A stretch of DNA of 63,209 nucleotides, counting the filler, from Choristocarpus tenellus KU-1152 (taxonomy: Eukaryota; Protista; Phaeophyceae), in NCBI GenBank assembly GCA_964200185.2. It is 9 parts of 9 records of this genome, joined end to end, with 100 filler letters (N's around TTAATTAATTAA, not from the genome) between each part and the next. Parts side by side here need not be neighbours in the genome. Positions count along the whole stretch, not along the records: positions 1 to 8,622 come from CAXNAD020004519.1; positions 8,723 to 14,075 come from CAXNAD020011062.1; 7 more parts are not named here. One strand, 5' to 3'. Each line of letters opens with the position of its first letter. The stretch's first letter is position 1. The notes beneath the pieces are model-generated. The model did not search any database. It saw nothing but the letters and a program-made list of their open reading frames with translations, and was not told the DNA's origin. The translations under genes were made by a program, and so were the position numbers. Shown one piece after another: positions 1 to 10,658 of this stretch.

Positions 1-136
1 TACCTTTTTTTTGTTTTTTTTTTTTTTTGTTCTCGTGTTTGCATGCTCCTCTCTCCCCCCCCCCCATGTACAGATAGATGTGTTCAATGTTTTGGGGTGG
101 GTCCTCGACCGTTCCTTGAGGAAAAGGGGGAGTACA

Positions 137-160
137 GGGTTAGGGTTAGGGTTAGGGTTT
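137..160 (+). repeat. Interstitial telomere-like (TTAGGG)n tract
   Basis: gggttagggttagggttagggttt. Shorter tracts occur at ~268-280 and ~347-362. Confidence 0.8.
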
Positions 161-197
161 CGAATTGCTCGCTCGTGCGTTCACCACTGGATGTAGC

Positions 198-359
198 GGG
201 TATTTTCTAGTGTGATGCTTTTTTATTGTTGAAGGATCTCTTGTTTGTACCGGCTCTTTGGATGGGATTAGGGTTAGGGTATTTTCTAGTGTGGTGCTTT
301 TTTTATTGTTGAAGGGCCTCTTGTTTGTACCGGCTCTTTGGATGGATTAGGGTTAGGGT
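198..359 (+). repeat. 79-bp tandem duplication, each unit ending in TTAGGG repeats
   Basis: gggtattttctagtgt...ctctttggatgg(g)attagggtta occurs twice head-to-tail, starting at 198 and 277. Confidence 0.85.
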
Positions 360-1076
360 TAGCTGTAGTGCTGAAGGTGAAAAATATGTATTTAGAAAGA
401 AAAGAAAAGAAAAGGGGAAGGGAGATGTAATGTCAGTTTTGTCAGAATCAACCGATAGAGAGTATTTGTTGAGTGTAGGGTTAGGTAGGGGCATAAAAGA
501 ATGGAGGTGTAGGTTCTCTAGATGATGTTGCGTCTTAGTATGTGTTTTCATTTGAAAAGGCTTTCAAGGGTTAGGGTTGGTGTTGATGAACAGATTCGAT
601 TACGCCCCTCAGATGATGTTTTTTATTATTTTTAATCAGAGTGATTCCTTGTCTTAGTTCATTTTATTAGGAGATGTAGAGAGCATTCTGGGTTAGTAGT
701 AGTGCAATAGCGTAAATTTTGTCAGGCCTGTTAGTCTGTACCATACATAGGTGTTTATGTTATGTAGGTGAAGATCAAGACCATTTTAAGGAGGAAGTTA
801 TAAATCTGTTAAAAGAAAAATTTGAGTTACGATATATGATGGAGAATGATCAAGAATCATTAGATTTGTTTGTGTTAGAACTGGTAGGTGCCCCACCCAA
901 CACACCTTCACTGATGTGGACACCATCCGACATGGTGTGTGTGTGTGTTTGTTTGTGTTTGTGCTGGTCCACAAAATATTGGGGGGGTGGGGGGGCGGGG
1001 GTCGTGTTGTGGGTAAAATTGCTTGACGCCAGTACAGAAAGGATGTTTAGTTCATCCTTCTGTGCTGTATATCACC

Positions 1077-1638
1077 TTCCTGTTGATCTTGGTACAACTG
1101 CTCATCCTTACCTCATTTGCCAACGGAGTCTGAGGTACTGGTGATGTTCCTGTTGATCTTGGTACAACTCCTCATCCTTACCTCATTTGCCAACGTAGTC
1201 TGAGGTACTGGTGATGTTCCTGTTGATCTTGGTACAACTCATCATCCTTACCTCATTTGCCAACGGAGTCTGAGGTACTGGTGATGTTCCTGTTGATCTT
1301 GGTACAACTCCTTATCCTTACCTCATTTGCCAACGTAGTCTGAGGTACTGGTGATGTTCCTGTTGATCTTGGTACAACTGCTCATCCTTACCTCATTTGC
1401 CAACGGAGTCTGAGGTACTGGTGATGTTCCTGTTGATCTTGGTACAACTCCTCATCTTTACCTCATTTGCCAACGTAGTCTGAGGTACTGGTGATGTTCC
1501 TGTTGATCTTGGTACAACTCCTCATCCTTACCTCATTTGCCAACGGAGTCTGAGGTACTGGTCATGTTCCTGTTGATCTTGGTACAACTCCTCATCCTTA
1601 CCTCGTTTGCCAACGGAGTCTGAGGTACTGGTCATGTT
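1077..1638. repeat. 70-bp minisatellite, 8 copies
   Basis: Unit ttcctgttgatcttggtacaact(c/g)ctcatccttacctcatttgccaacg(g/t)agtctgaggtactggtgatg starts at 1077, 1147, 1217, 1287, 1357, 1427, 1497 and 1567. Confidence 0.97.
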
Positions 1639-1898
1639 ATCGTTCGTGTTTTTTTCACATGTGTTGCCGTGTTGCCTTGAGGTGCAGTTGTTTGTGCTAG
1701 GGGCCTGGGGAGGAGATGCTGGAAAAGGTCTCTCTCAGTGTGCCAAGGTGCTTTTGACGCTGGCAGGAAGCTGACCCAGTATGTCTATCCCTGGATCTCA
1801 GCACAAGTTGGGGAGGGAGAAGGGGGGAGGGGGGGATCGTTGCATCGAGGCAGGATGAGAGGAAGATGATACCGGCGGGTTTTGAGAGAGGAGGCTGG

Positions 1899-1929
<31 letters not shown>

Positions 1930-2659
1930 TCCGCTAGTGTGTGCAGCGGGACTCTATAGAGATAGAGATTCAAATATTTGCATCTCCGATTTCGTTCAGG
2001 GGTCTCTCGACCGGAGTGCCGAATCTAGAATCTTTTATCATCAGAGGAACCGTGTGACTATAATGTCAAAGAAATTTAGTCAATGATGGTATGAAGTATT
2101 GAAGTATTGAATACACACTGCCATTGGTGTAGATATATGTAGGTAGAGATACATAGATATATTTTTTTGCTGATGGTATACCTCTCATCATCCGTCAACT
2201 TTCTCAATGTATAATCTAGTTTACGCAAGAAATCTTCCGATTTGACCTCAAAAGATTGTTGGCCCGAAGATTTTGAATTTTTTTGGATTGTTGGCTGTAC
2301 TTAGTACTTCCTGTACTCTTGACGAGCTTGTAGCGTCACTGCCGCTGCTTACCCCCCCCCCCCTTTCCTCAGCTGATGTCTGAACTTGACACCCAGCGCA
2401 GTGAAGCAAATCCCACCCTTCTTTGCATTGGTATCGCTACGCCCTGCGGTATTGATGGAGGTTCTCTTCTTCGCCCCCGGTAGATGCACTGAGCTTTCTT
2501 TGTTCTTTTTTCCTATTTTTTTACTGTTTCTTTTTTCTTTTATTTCCTTGATCTCTTCTTTCCTTTTTCTTGTTTTTCTTCTGCAGTACTTGCGTTGTAT
2601 GTTTCTCATGGTGGATGGCTGGCGTAGTGCTTTTGTTCTCTTTTTTTTTTAGCATATTT

Positions 2660-2722
2660 CGATGTCGGGTCTGTGACCCCTCTCAGACTAATGTGAAATA
2701 ACCAATAATAATAATAGTAATA
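2660..2722 (+). mobile_element. Possible 3' end of a non-LTR retroelement (hairpin plus (AAT)n tail)
   Basis: gtctg-tgacccctct-cagac hairpin followed by ccaataataataat. Same architecture as the CRE-like 3' ends but different sequence; no TSD seen. Confidence 0.3.
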
Positions 2723-3016
2723 ACAGTGCACCTACATGTGTATCCACTGCTAATATATCTCACATTAACAACCCTACCTTGATGCTGTATGCTACCACAT
2801 TTTCCATGGTGACACAGAAAATATCACGCTCAAGACACAGTTCTCCGGATGATACGTAGTCAAGGAGGTGAGTTTGATGGTCTGGATTGTGGTGAGACTT
2901 CCGGGTGGTGGTAACATGGCAGAACAACACTCAATGAGGTTCCAATACCTGGGCTTTCGCTTTTCCTGCTTGTTAAAAACCCTGACTTGGTGGACCTTCA
3001 TTGAGGGTTTTATCTG

Positions 3017-3054
<38 letters not shown>

Positions 3055-3791
3055 CTGTTGGTTTGCTCAACAAGGAGTTTCCTCTTCCTTTTCATCTTGG
3101 AGCTGCTGGCTTTCTGGTATTTCGGAAGATTCTCGTTGTTGCGTAAAAATGTATATGGCAGTTTTATGTGCGTTGCGTTTATGTCTATGTGCCATTGTTC
3201 TGTTTTGTTTTGTGCCAACCGTGCCGAATAGTGCAAGGCACAATCTAGGAACGTTGAACTGTTAACGGTTTCATCTTTTCTTTTTCTTGTCATTGTGGTT
3301 TATTATTAGCACGGCATCGTCATCTGCACTTAACCTTTTTTGTTGCGACAGGTGAGGTCGACGGTGAGTGTGTGCGTTGTACTGCACAACTTATCTGCTC
3401 TCGCGCACACTACATGCATACAATATAGTACTGCGATTATATTGTACTTTATCAATTAAGTCCCACTTTGGGCATATACAATATAATAATATAACAACTT
3501 TACATGTTGTCGCTGTAATTGGTTGAGAACTACGTGTTTGTATTATTCGGTGCGTGACAAGATTTGAGTGAGATTCACATGTCAATAACTCTCAATTGGG
3601 TTACGAAAATAATGCTAAGTTATACATGATTTGGTGGTGGTTTGTGCTCCCATGTATTTGTACAGAATACATGTCAACAGTGTATTCTTAGCGGCGTAGA
3701 AAAGTGCAGAGCTCTACGGGTACGTGTTGGAGAAAGTGGGTGTGATTTTTGTGAGAGAGTTGGCGGTTTTTGATTCTTTCGAGAAAGCAAA

Positions 3792-4020
3792 GAGTCGAAC
3801 CAATCGAGAGGTAGGCAGATTTGGAGCCTTACGCATTCCAAGCCGTCTTTCTTACCCTGTGCAATACAATCTAGTTTCATTGCTATATGCGCACAATACT
3901 ATATGCAAAATTGATATTCCCCCTTTCCAGACGCAAAGTGACATCACAATTCAGCAACGACTCTTTCTGCAATTGCACAAAATGAAATATTTTTGCCCTT
4001 TCTCTCAGTCGGTTTGACTC
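3792..4020. mobile_element. MITE family B, copy 1
   Basis: Terminal inverted repeats (TIRs) gagtcgaaccaatcgagag / ctctcagtcggtttgactc. The interior is homologous, in inverted orientation, to 8264-8526. Confidence 0.7.
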
Positions 4021-4769
4021 GAACAAAATCTGCGATAGAATCCTGCTTCTGTTCTATATGATACACAGTTATTATGCATTAAGGAGGAGTTACAGTAATT
4101 GCCAGGTGTGTGCTGCAATTGTTATCAAAAATCACACTACTCAGGAGTAGGTAGCACTCGGAGCAATGCATGGGAGGACTGTTCCTTGACTGTTCTTTGA
4201 GGATCTGCAGATTTAGAGTAATTCGCGATTGTGCCGCCTGTGTCGAAGTTTATCTTTCGTCTTAGGCTGGGTGAGCTACAAGCGCAGCAAGTCTTGCATA
4301 GTGGGGGGAACTACAAATTGCACTGTGTGGAACATCAGTCTGGCTACCCTACTCTACATTTCAAGGTAATTATTGGATTTTATTAATAATACCCGTCACC
4401 TCTTTGGCAATGGTTTGGTGTGCATGCTGGTGTGTGTGTGTGTGTGTGTTTCCACGTACACCTGTAGAAATCCCTTTTGCTACAATTGACTCCTAATCTG
4501 TTGTTTAAGACCCCTCTATTTATTTGATGTAGAAAAAAATGCAGCAGTTTTTTCTTTTTCAAAACATTTGTTATTCTTCTAGCAATGCTTAGTTACGTGC
4601 GTAACTCATGGAGTGCCGTTCTGAAAAGCCCAGATTCACAGGGGATGCATTTCCCAAAACGAACTTTGTGCCTATCAAATATGATGGAGACACCAAAAAA
4701 GGTAAATGACCTGCTCCACATTCGGATTTACGCCAACTTCTTATGTTTTTCCATTCAAGTCGTACAAAA

Positions 4770-5029
4770 GATTGAAAATATCTTAGAGGGTATGAGTTTT
4801 GCCCTGTTTGTCCGTTTGGAGCTTGTCTGCCCACGGGTTTTTTATGACATTTTTCTACTCCAAAATGTCTCGGAGTAGGTAAAATGTGTACGTCATGAAA
4901 AGGTGTCTCCGGAACAAGGATATTGAAACTTCGTAACAAACACAACAGCCAAAATTACATCAAAATGGCAACATTGGATTTTGGCCCCCAAATCGACGCT
5001 GCTCTTCCCTCTAAAAGATACTTTTACTC
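4770..5029. mobile_element. MITE family A, full-length copy
   Basis: TIRs gattgaaaatatcttagagggta / ttccctctaaaagatacttttactc, flanked by aaa(a) on both sides. One of 7 copies in the window. Confidence 0.88.
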
Positions 5030-7653
5030 AAAATTGACTTTTCTGAACAACAAATGCGAGAGTAATTATTACCTGGTGTTAATGTAACCGACAGGTTCCA
5101 TTGGGAGGTAGTCTCAGTCCAATCTATCTCCATGCACGCACACAAAATATATATTATTACGAGCATATTTCTTTGTCATTGGTGACGTTCACATTAACAC
5201 CAATCACAGTTAAGTCCTGAGAATATCCGGATCATTTATTTGCTGTTGACGATCACAAATGTGACGTCATCCACCGGATTTGATATTCAACTCAGGTTCA
5301 TCCCAAGATTAGATGATCATGAACGCCGCCCATGATTGATTGGATGCTACCTCACAACAGTGGTACAAGAATGAGAATGGTAAGGGGAAGACCACTGCCT
5401 CGGGCGAAACACAGAATACTCCAAACCAGATATCAGGGGAAAGCACCGATATTCCATCAACTAGTTTGGTTGATGGCGGGATAGGTGGCTCACTTGAGCA
5501 AGACGAGACAGTGGGGGTTCAACCCAGGGGCATGTCCCCCTGCAATACAGCACGACCCTGCCTCATAACATTGGGAATATGCCATATAATATACTTGGAT
5601 CTTGTGCACTATGTTTTTATCGTATTGTTTGCTACATATTTCAGGAGGAAGGTCTGGAGTGGGGAGAACGGTAACACTCCATCAAGAACACTTGTTTGGC
5701 GCATTTTCTGCGTGCTGCCTATCTACCTCATCTTGCTTGGTGATTGTGATGATTGCCCATTTTGGAGAGAGGTTTTGAGTTTTTGCCGTTTCCACATTAT
5801 TATTATTGTCAATTGTAGGATCTTGCTCCTACTACTAATACTATAGATAATGGCAAGAGTATTCTTTGGTTCTACCAGTGTTGTTTTTGTTGAGAGGTAG
5901 AGCAAGAGAGAGGTATTTGAGTTTTCAAGGTCTTGCGTTTTGAACTACTTTTTTCATCATTTGCTGTTCACCCTTGTTTCTATTCGAAAAAATTCGACCA
6001 AATTCAGAAAACCCCTACATACATTTTACAAAAAGCCGGAAGTTGCACATTTTTGTGCTCTTAAAATGCAACTTTGGGTAACTCTGGTTCCTTTGACTCG
6101 CAATTCGTTGAGTTTTTGTTTATATTTCCTACTTTCTTTCCCTCCCTCACAACACAGAATGTTGAGGGGTGTTAAAATATGTAGTAAATATCTCTTTTTG
6201 GCATATTCATTCCCTTCGTTCAGATAAAAACACGATAAATAGTAATTTAATACAATCTGTCCGTCCCTCCTCTCCTTCTCTATCATCCTTGTTCCTTTTT
6301 GTTCTATTGTTCTTTTTGATAAATGGTGAATGCAAGAGGTGTATTATATATTTTTTGTATTTCGAAGTATGACGTATGACCTCTTCTAGTGTATGTCTCA
6401 AGTTCTTCATTGGATATTTGGTTCAAACGATTGGTTTGACATCGTTGAAACGTCATTTGATTGATTGTGTGGGTAGATTGTGGCTTTTGAGTTGCTGGGG
6501 AATCACGTCATCCTGTGCAATATTATTTGAGTCCAACAAGAGTGATTCTTGCATGAGTTACCTATTGAAATGTTGTTCTACGTCGACGAACGAAGGGACA
6601 GTTTGGTCCAGATGTGATCCCCTTTTTCTTATACCTCAAAGTATTTGTAATATAATAATACAATATTTCATTAATATTGGTGAGAAGTAGTGAATTTCAA
6701 TAACATTTTCTCCATTGATTCCCGCCATCTCTTGTTGTATGGAACTCAAACTCTACCCAGTCCCCTTCAACATGAACAACAGGTCTCGCCTCCCTCGTGA
6801 CCAGGTGCAGAGTGGCCACCAAGAGTCTCTCTTGCGAACAAGAAACCCTAATACCACCAGGCTAACGTAGATTACGTCCTCGAATGGGTTTCGCTGTCAT
6901 TGGCTTACAATCCCCGCCTCGCGTTTCTGTGTAGAAGCTATACTTATACAGCGTGCACGATGCACGTCAAGAAGATTGATTTCGTCCTATTCCAAACCAG
7001 ACTGTAATCAGTTTGTGCCCTATCATATTATTGCCTTTCTGCAAATCGTTTCTCCTCCATCCATTAAAATACTCCCAATTTGACGTATGGAAGACCACAT
7101 CACAGCCAACTCTCTCATAACGACAATACCCAGTTTTGCGTGCTTCCTTGGGAATCGAGCAGGGTAGAGCACCGGTGAAGACCCTGCTGCCCTCACCAAG
7201 TCCAAGGTGGTGAAGATGTGAATGTTCTTTTGTCAACTGAAGTAGGAGATGCCACGATCACAACACCAGTCTTGGCTTGACGCCTTCTTTCACAAGTTGA
7301 AAGGGAATTCTTACGACCTGATGGTATAACGACAGGAACAGTATCTTATTAGTCCTCCTGTCCAACAATGACATCTCTGTTGCAAGCATCTAAAACTGTG
7401 CGTATCCTAGAGGCCAGCATCACGCCCTTCCAGCACAGTAAGCACTGTCCCAAGCAAGAACCAACTGCCAAAAAGGGGTTTTTAAAAGCTAGTTACGTGG
7501 GCAGTTCGCCCTGCAATGAGCCCTGCACGAAATGAGTCTGGGTCATCCTCGCTCCTCCTTCACCTGGCAATATATTCATCTCACCATCCTCATCACAAGT
7601 GATAGAAAGAGGCAGTGCTGCTGTGCAGGGTATTCACATTGCCTTTGACATCA

Positions 7654-7914
7654 GAGTGAAAATATCTTAGAGGGTACAAGTTTTCTCCTGTTTGTCCATT
7701 TGGGGCTTGGCTTCCCTCGGAGTTTTTTATGACATTTTCCTACTTCAAAATGTTTTGGAGTAGGTAAAATGTATTCATTATGAAAGGGTGTGTCCGCAAC
7801 AAGGATATTGACACTTCCTACCAAACACAATATAGTCAAAATTACATCAAAATCGCAACATTGGATTTTGGTCCCCAAATGGACGCGGCCCTACCCTCTA
7901 AGATACTTTGGCTC
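7654..7914. mobile_element. MITE family A, full-length copy
   Basis: TIRs gagtgaaaatatcttagagggta / taccctctaagatactttggctc; internal palindrome cctacttcaaaatgttttggagtagg. Confidence 0.9.
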
Positions 7915-8263
7915 AGCAGTATCACATAGGAACAGAGAGTTCACCTTATCACCCATATCACCAGTGGTGGAGAGAGCAGTGGTAAAACGTTTACTGGTGG
8001 AGGTGGGTTGCAAGGTGGTTAGAACATGATCGAATATAGGATTGTTGGCCAGTAATCGCAACCTTAACAATCAGTATCAAGATAGGAATCCAAGAATAGT
8101 CAATGATATGTATCAAATGGTGGTTGTTGTACGAGACTGCGGTGGAAGAGGGGATGCCTAAGGATGAGCCAGTGGGTGATTTCAGGAGGGACGAGTGTCT
8201 TTGGAGTGCGAATGGGTGTGACCAACCCAGTGTTCATGACATAAGAGGTGGGCGATGTCTTTG

Positions 8264-8526
8264 CAGTCAAACCAACTGAGAGGTAGGCACGGTTGCATAA
8301 TTTTAAGGATCCTGAGCAAGGGCAAAAAGATGCCAACTTTTCAAATGCAGAAAGAGCCTTTGCTTAATTGTAGTGTCAAATTGTGTGTAGAGAGGCAGAG
8401 ATATCAATTTTGCGCACACTGTTGTGCGCATATAGCAATGAAATTCAAGCACATTGCACAGGGTAACAAAGATGACTTGGAATGAAAAATTGTCCAAAGT
8501 TGCCTACTATTCAATTGGTTTGACTC
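8264..8526. mobile_element. MITE family B, copy 2
   Basis: TIRs cagtcaaaccaactgagaggtaggc / gcctactattcaattggtttgactc; homologous to 3792-4020. Confidence 0.7.
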
Positions 8527-8582
8527 ATTCTTTCCTTCAGACAGTCGACTGGCAGAGGAGGAAAGCCTGTGAGAGGGTATCC

Positions 8583-8622
8583 GAGCCAAAGTATCTTAGA
8601 GGGTAGAGCCGCGTCCATGTGG
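8583..8622. mobile_element. MITE family A terminus at contig end
   Basis: gagccaaagtatcttagagggtagagccgcgtcca is the reverse complement of the family A right end. Confidence 0.85.
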
Positions 8623-8722
8623 NNNNNNNNNNNNNNNNNNNNNNNNNNNNNNNNNNNNNNNNNNNNTTAATTAATTAANNNNNNNNNNNNNNNNNNNNNN
8701 NNNNNNNNNNNNNNNNNNNNNN
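8623..8722. other. Artificial contig-join spacer
   Basis: N44-TTAATTAATTAA-N44, with stops in all six frames. Confidence 0.99.
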
Positions 8723-8940
<218 letters not shown>

Positions 8941-9266
8941 ATTCTTATGTTATCTGTGCTGATCCAAGTAAACAACATAGTTTATGTGTAAGTTGATCTT
9001 TAGTTTAGTACAATACAAGGTAGTAGCGTACACAACGGTATGTTATGGTGAGTTAGTGGAACATTAGTGGGACAATAGCATCAAGTGGACAATACCCTAC
9101 GGACAATAAATAATTCAGTGTGTGCTTTACCATGTAATTCAACTGCTAGGTCCAGCGACGAGCCTTACATGTGCCAAGCTTCTCAACACGCTTAAGCGCC
9201 TAATACAAACTCTAGCTAGGGGAGGCGCAGCCAGACTGGTTTTTGAATTAGGTTTTTTCATCACTC

Positions 9267-10658
9267 ATGGCTACTGATGGTCTTCACGCCAAACTCCTTC
9301 AACTTACGGACAACAACTATGCTGATTGGTTTGCTACAACCCGGGCATTTTGGGGGGCGAAGGGGGATATCGATGAAGCATTAGAGTACAGGGAGGAACC
9401 CATCAGGGTGGGTGATATTGATTTCATCAAGCCGAAAGATGTGGATGAAGATGAGGTCACTAAGGCCAAGAAGGCTTATGATGTCCTGCTGAGGAGCACC
9501 AGTGGGATCTACTGGTGTATAGTCCGCAATGCTGCCTCACCTTCAGGAGCCTGGAAACAACTACGTGAGCACTTCCTTATTCAGTCAGATGAGGAAATAG
9601 CCAGACTTCAAAGGAAAGTAATGACGGTCAAGATGCCAAGGGGGTCAGACCCCCAAATCACCTTCACAATGATGCTGGACTGGGTTGGTCAGATGGCGAT
9701 GAAGGGGCATGTGATGTCCGAGCAGGTCCTAGAGATTGCTATGTTAGATTGTTTGGATGATGAATACCAGATCACCAAATATTATCTTCAGCACCATAAC
9801 AAGAGTGAGCGCTCAAGAACTACTATACAACAAGCTGCTCGCTCGCGCTATTTCTCACTTCAACGAGAAATAGAAGATCGCGGAGAGCCTGGGAGCGCTC
9901 TGGCCGCGAGGACCATGAAAAAGACTGGCCGAGGTGGCGGCCGTAGTACGACTGGTCACCATATTGACCCCGGGACGACAGGATCCCGTTCCAGGGGGCT
10001 TACCAAGGCCCGAGAGACTTGTGACATGTGTGGATTGGTGAAGCATTTCGGTTCCTGTACATTCAGTGGATCTTGTTACAGCTGCGGGAAGATTGGCCAC
10101 CAGAAAGCTGTTTGCCCTCAGAGGAGGGCAGGACCACCAAAGTCGGTGGTAAGTTCATATCGCCAGAGGGCAAACCCGTTAGAGTCGGCGGGAATACTAG
10201 CTGGATCAGAGGAACCGGCTAAAACTGGAAGGATGTTCAAGACCATGTTAGCCACTGTGGCTGATAATGGCAAGGTGAGATTGAATGCTTTCGAAACGTG
10301 GAGTTTTGACTCGGGTGCTTCCAACAGTGTAACGAAAGACTCACAGTACATGTATGACTTCACCACATGTCCACAAGGCCACAACATGACCGTGGCTGAC
10401 GGCACATCACTACCCAATATGGGGTATGGAAAGATTGATTTAAATTTCAATGTTGGCCGCGATGAGTGGGTGTATGTTACTCTGATGTCTGTTGCATTTG
10501 TCCCGAAAGTAGCTTTCAATCTTCTCTCTTCACATTCTGCTAGTAGGGCTAAGGAAGTGATTATCAAATCGATTTTTTTTGTGTATCATATCTGTGATGG
10601 GGAGGGTTTTCCGCTCGTTTTCAAGTGGAATGGATCCATGTACGCAGCTAACGCCTAA
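9267..10658 (+). CDS. Copia Gag-protease ORF, ending at a premature stop
   Basis: UBN2-like gag; zinc knuckles CDMCGLVKHFGSC and CYSCGKIGHQKAVC; aspartic protease motif WSFDSGAS; VAFVPKVAFNLLS. Confidence 0.9.
   Translation: MATDGLHAKLLQLTDNNYADWFATTRAFWGAKGDIDEALEYREEPIRVGDIDFIKPKDVDEDEVTKAKKAYDVLLRSTSGIYWCIVRNAASPSGAWKQLREHFLIQSDEEIARLQRKVMTVKMPRGSDPQITFTMMLDWVGQMAMKGHVMSEQVLEIAMLDCLDDEYQITKYYLQHHNKSERSRTTIQQAARSRYFSLQREIEDRGEPGSALAARTMKKTGRGGGRSTTGHHIDPGTTGSRSRGLTKARETCDMCGLVKHFGSCTFSGSCYSCGKIGHQKAVCPQRRAGPPKSVVSSYRQRANPLESAGILAGSEEPAKTGRMFKTMLATVADNGKVRLNAFETWSFDSGASNSVTKDSQYMYDFTTCPQGHNMTVADGTSLPNMGYGKIDLNFNVGRDEWVYVTLMSVAFVPKVAFNLLSSHSASRAKEVIIKSIFFVYHICDGEGFPLVFKWNGSMYAANA

Noticed and set aside
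719-900. Copia RT-like fragment (YVGED...LKEKFEL)
   Set aside because: Too short and lacks the catalytic DD.
1077-1638. CRISPR array, hammerhead ribozyme array or let-7 sites
   Set aside because: No unique spacers and no cas genes; no CUGANGA/GAAA core on either strand; TGAGGTA is only a 7-mer match.
3792-3801. GGTTCGACTC (minus strand) as a tRNA T-loop or B box
   Set aside because: It is the TIR of MITE family B and there is no cloverleaf.
6967-7236. Degenerate retroelement protease (ILMDGG, FGIGRN)
   Set aside because: The resemblance is weak, split across frames and has no supporting flanking domains.
7651-7878. Recurring peptide (..ILPTPKHFGVGKCHKK..) as a small gene family
   Set aside because: It is the translation of MITE family A. 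Copies differ by frameshifts, a stop and many amino-acid changes, and lack a consistent ATG.
8623-8722. Recurrent TTAATTAATTAA inside N runs as a biological motif
   Set aside because: The identical 100-bp construct occurs at all 8 joins and is an artificial spacer. Neighbouring contigs should not be treated as linked.
10656-10658. Programmed readthrough in the copia
   Set aside because: The TAA lies after the protease, not after gag, and the element has several other stops and frameshifts consistent with decay.
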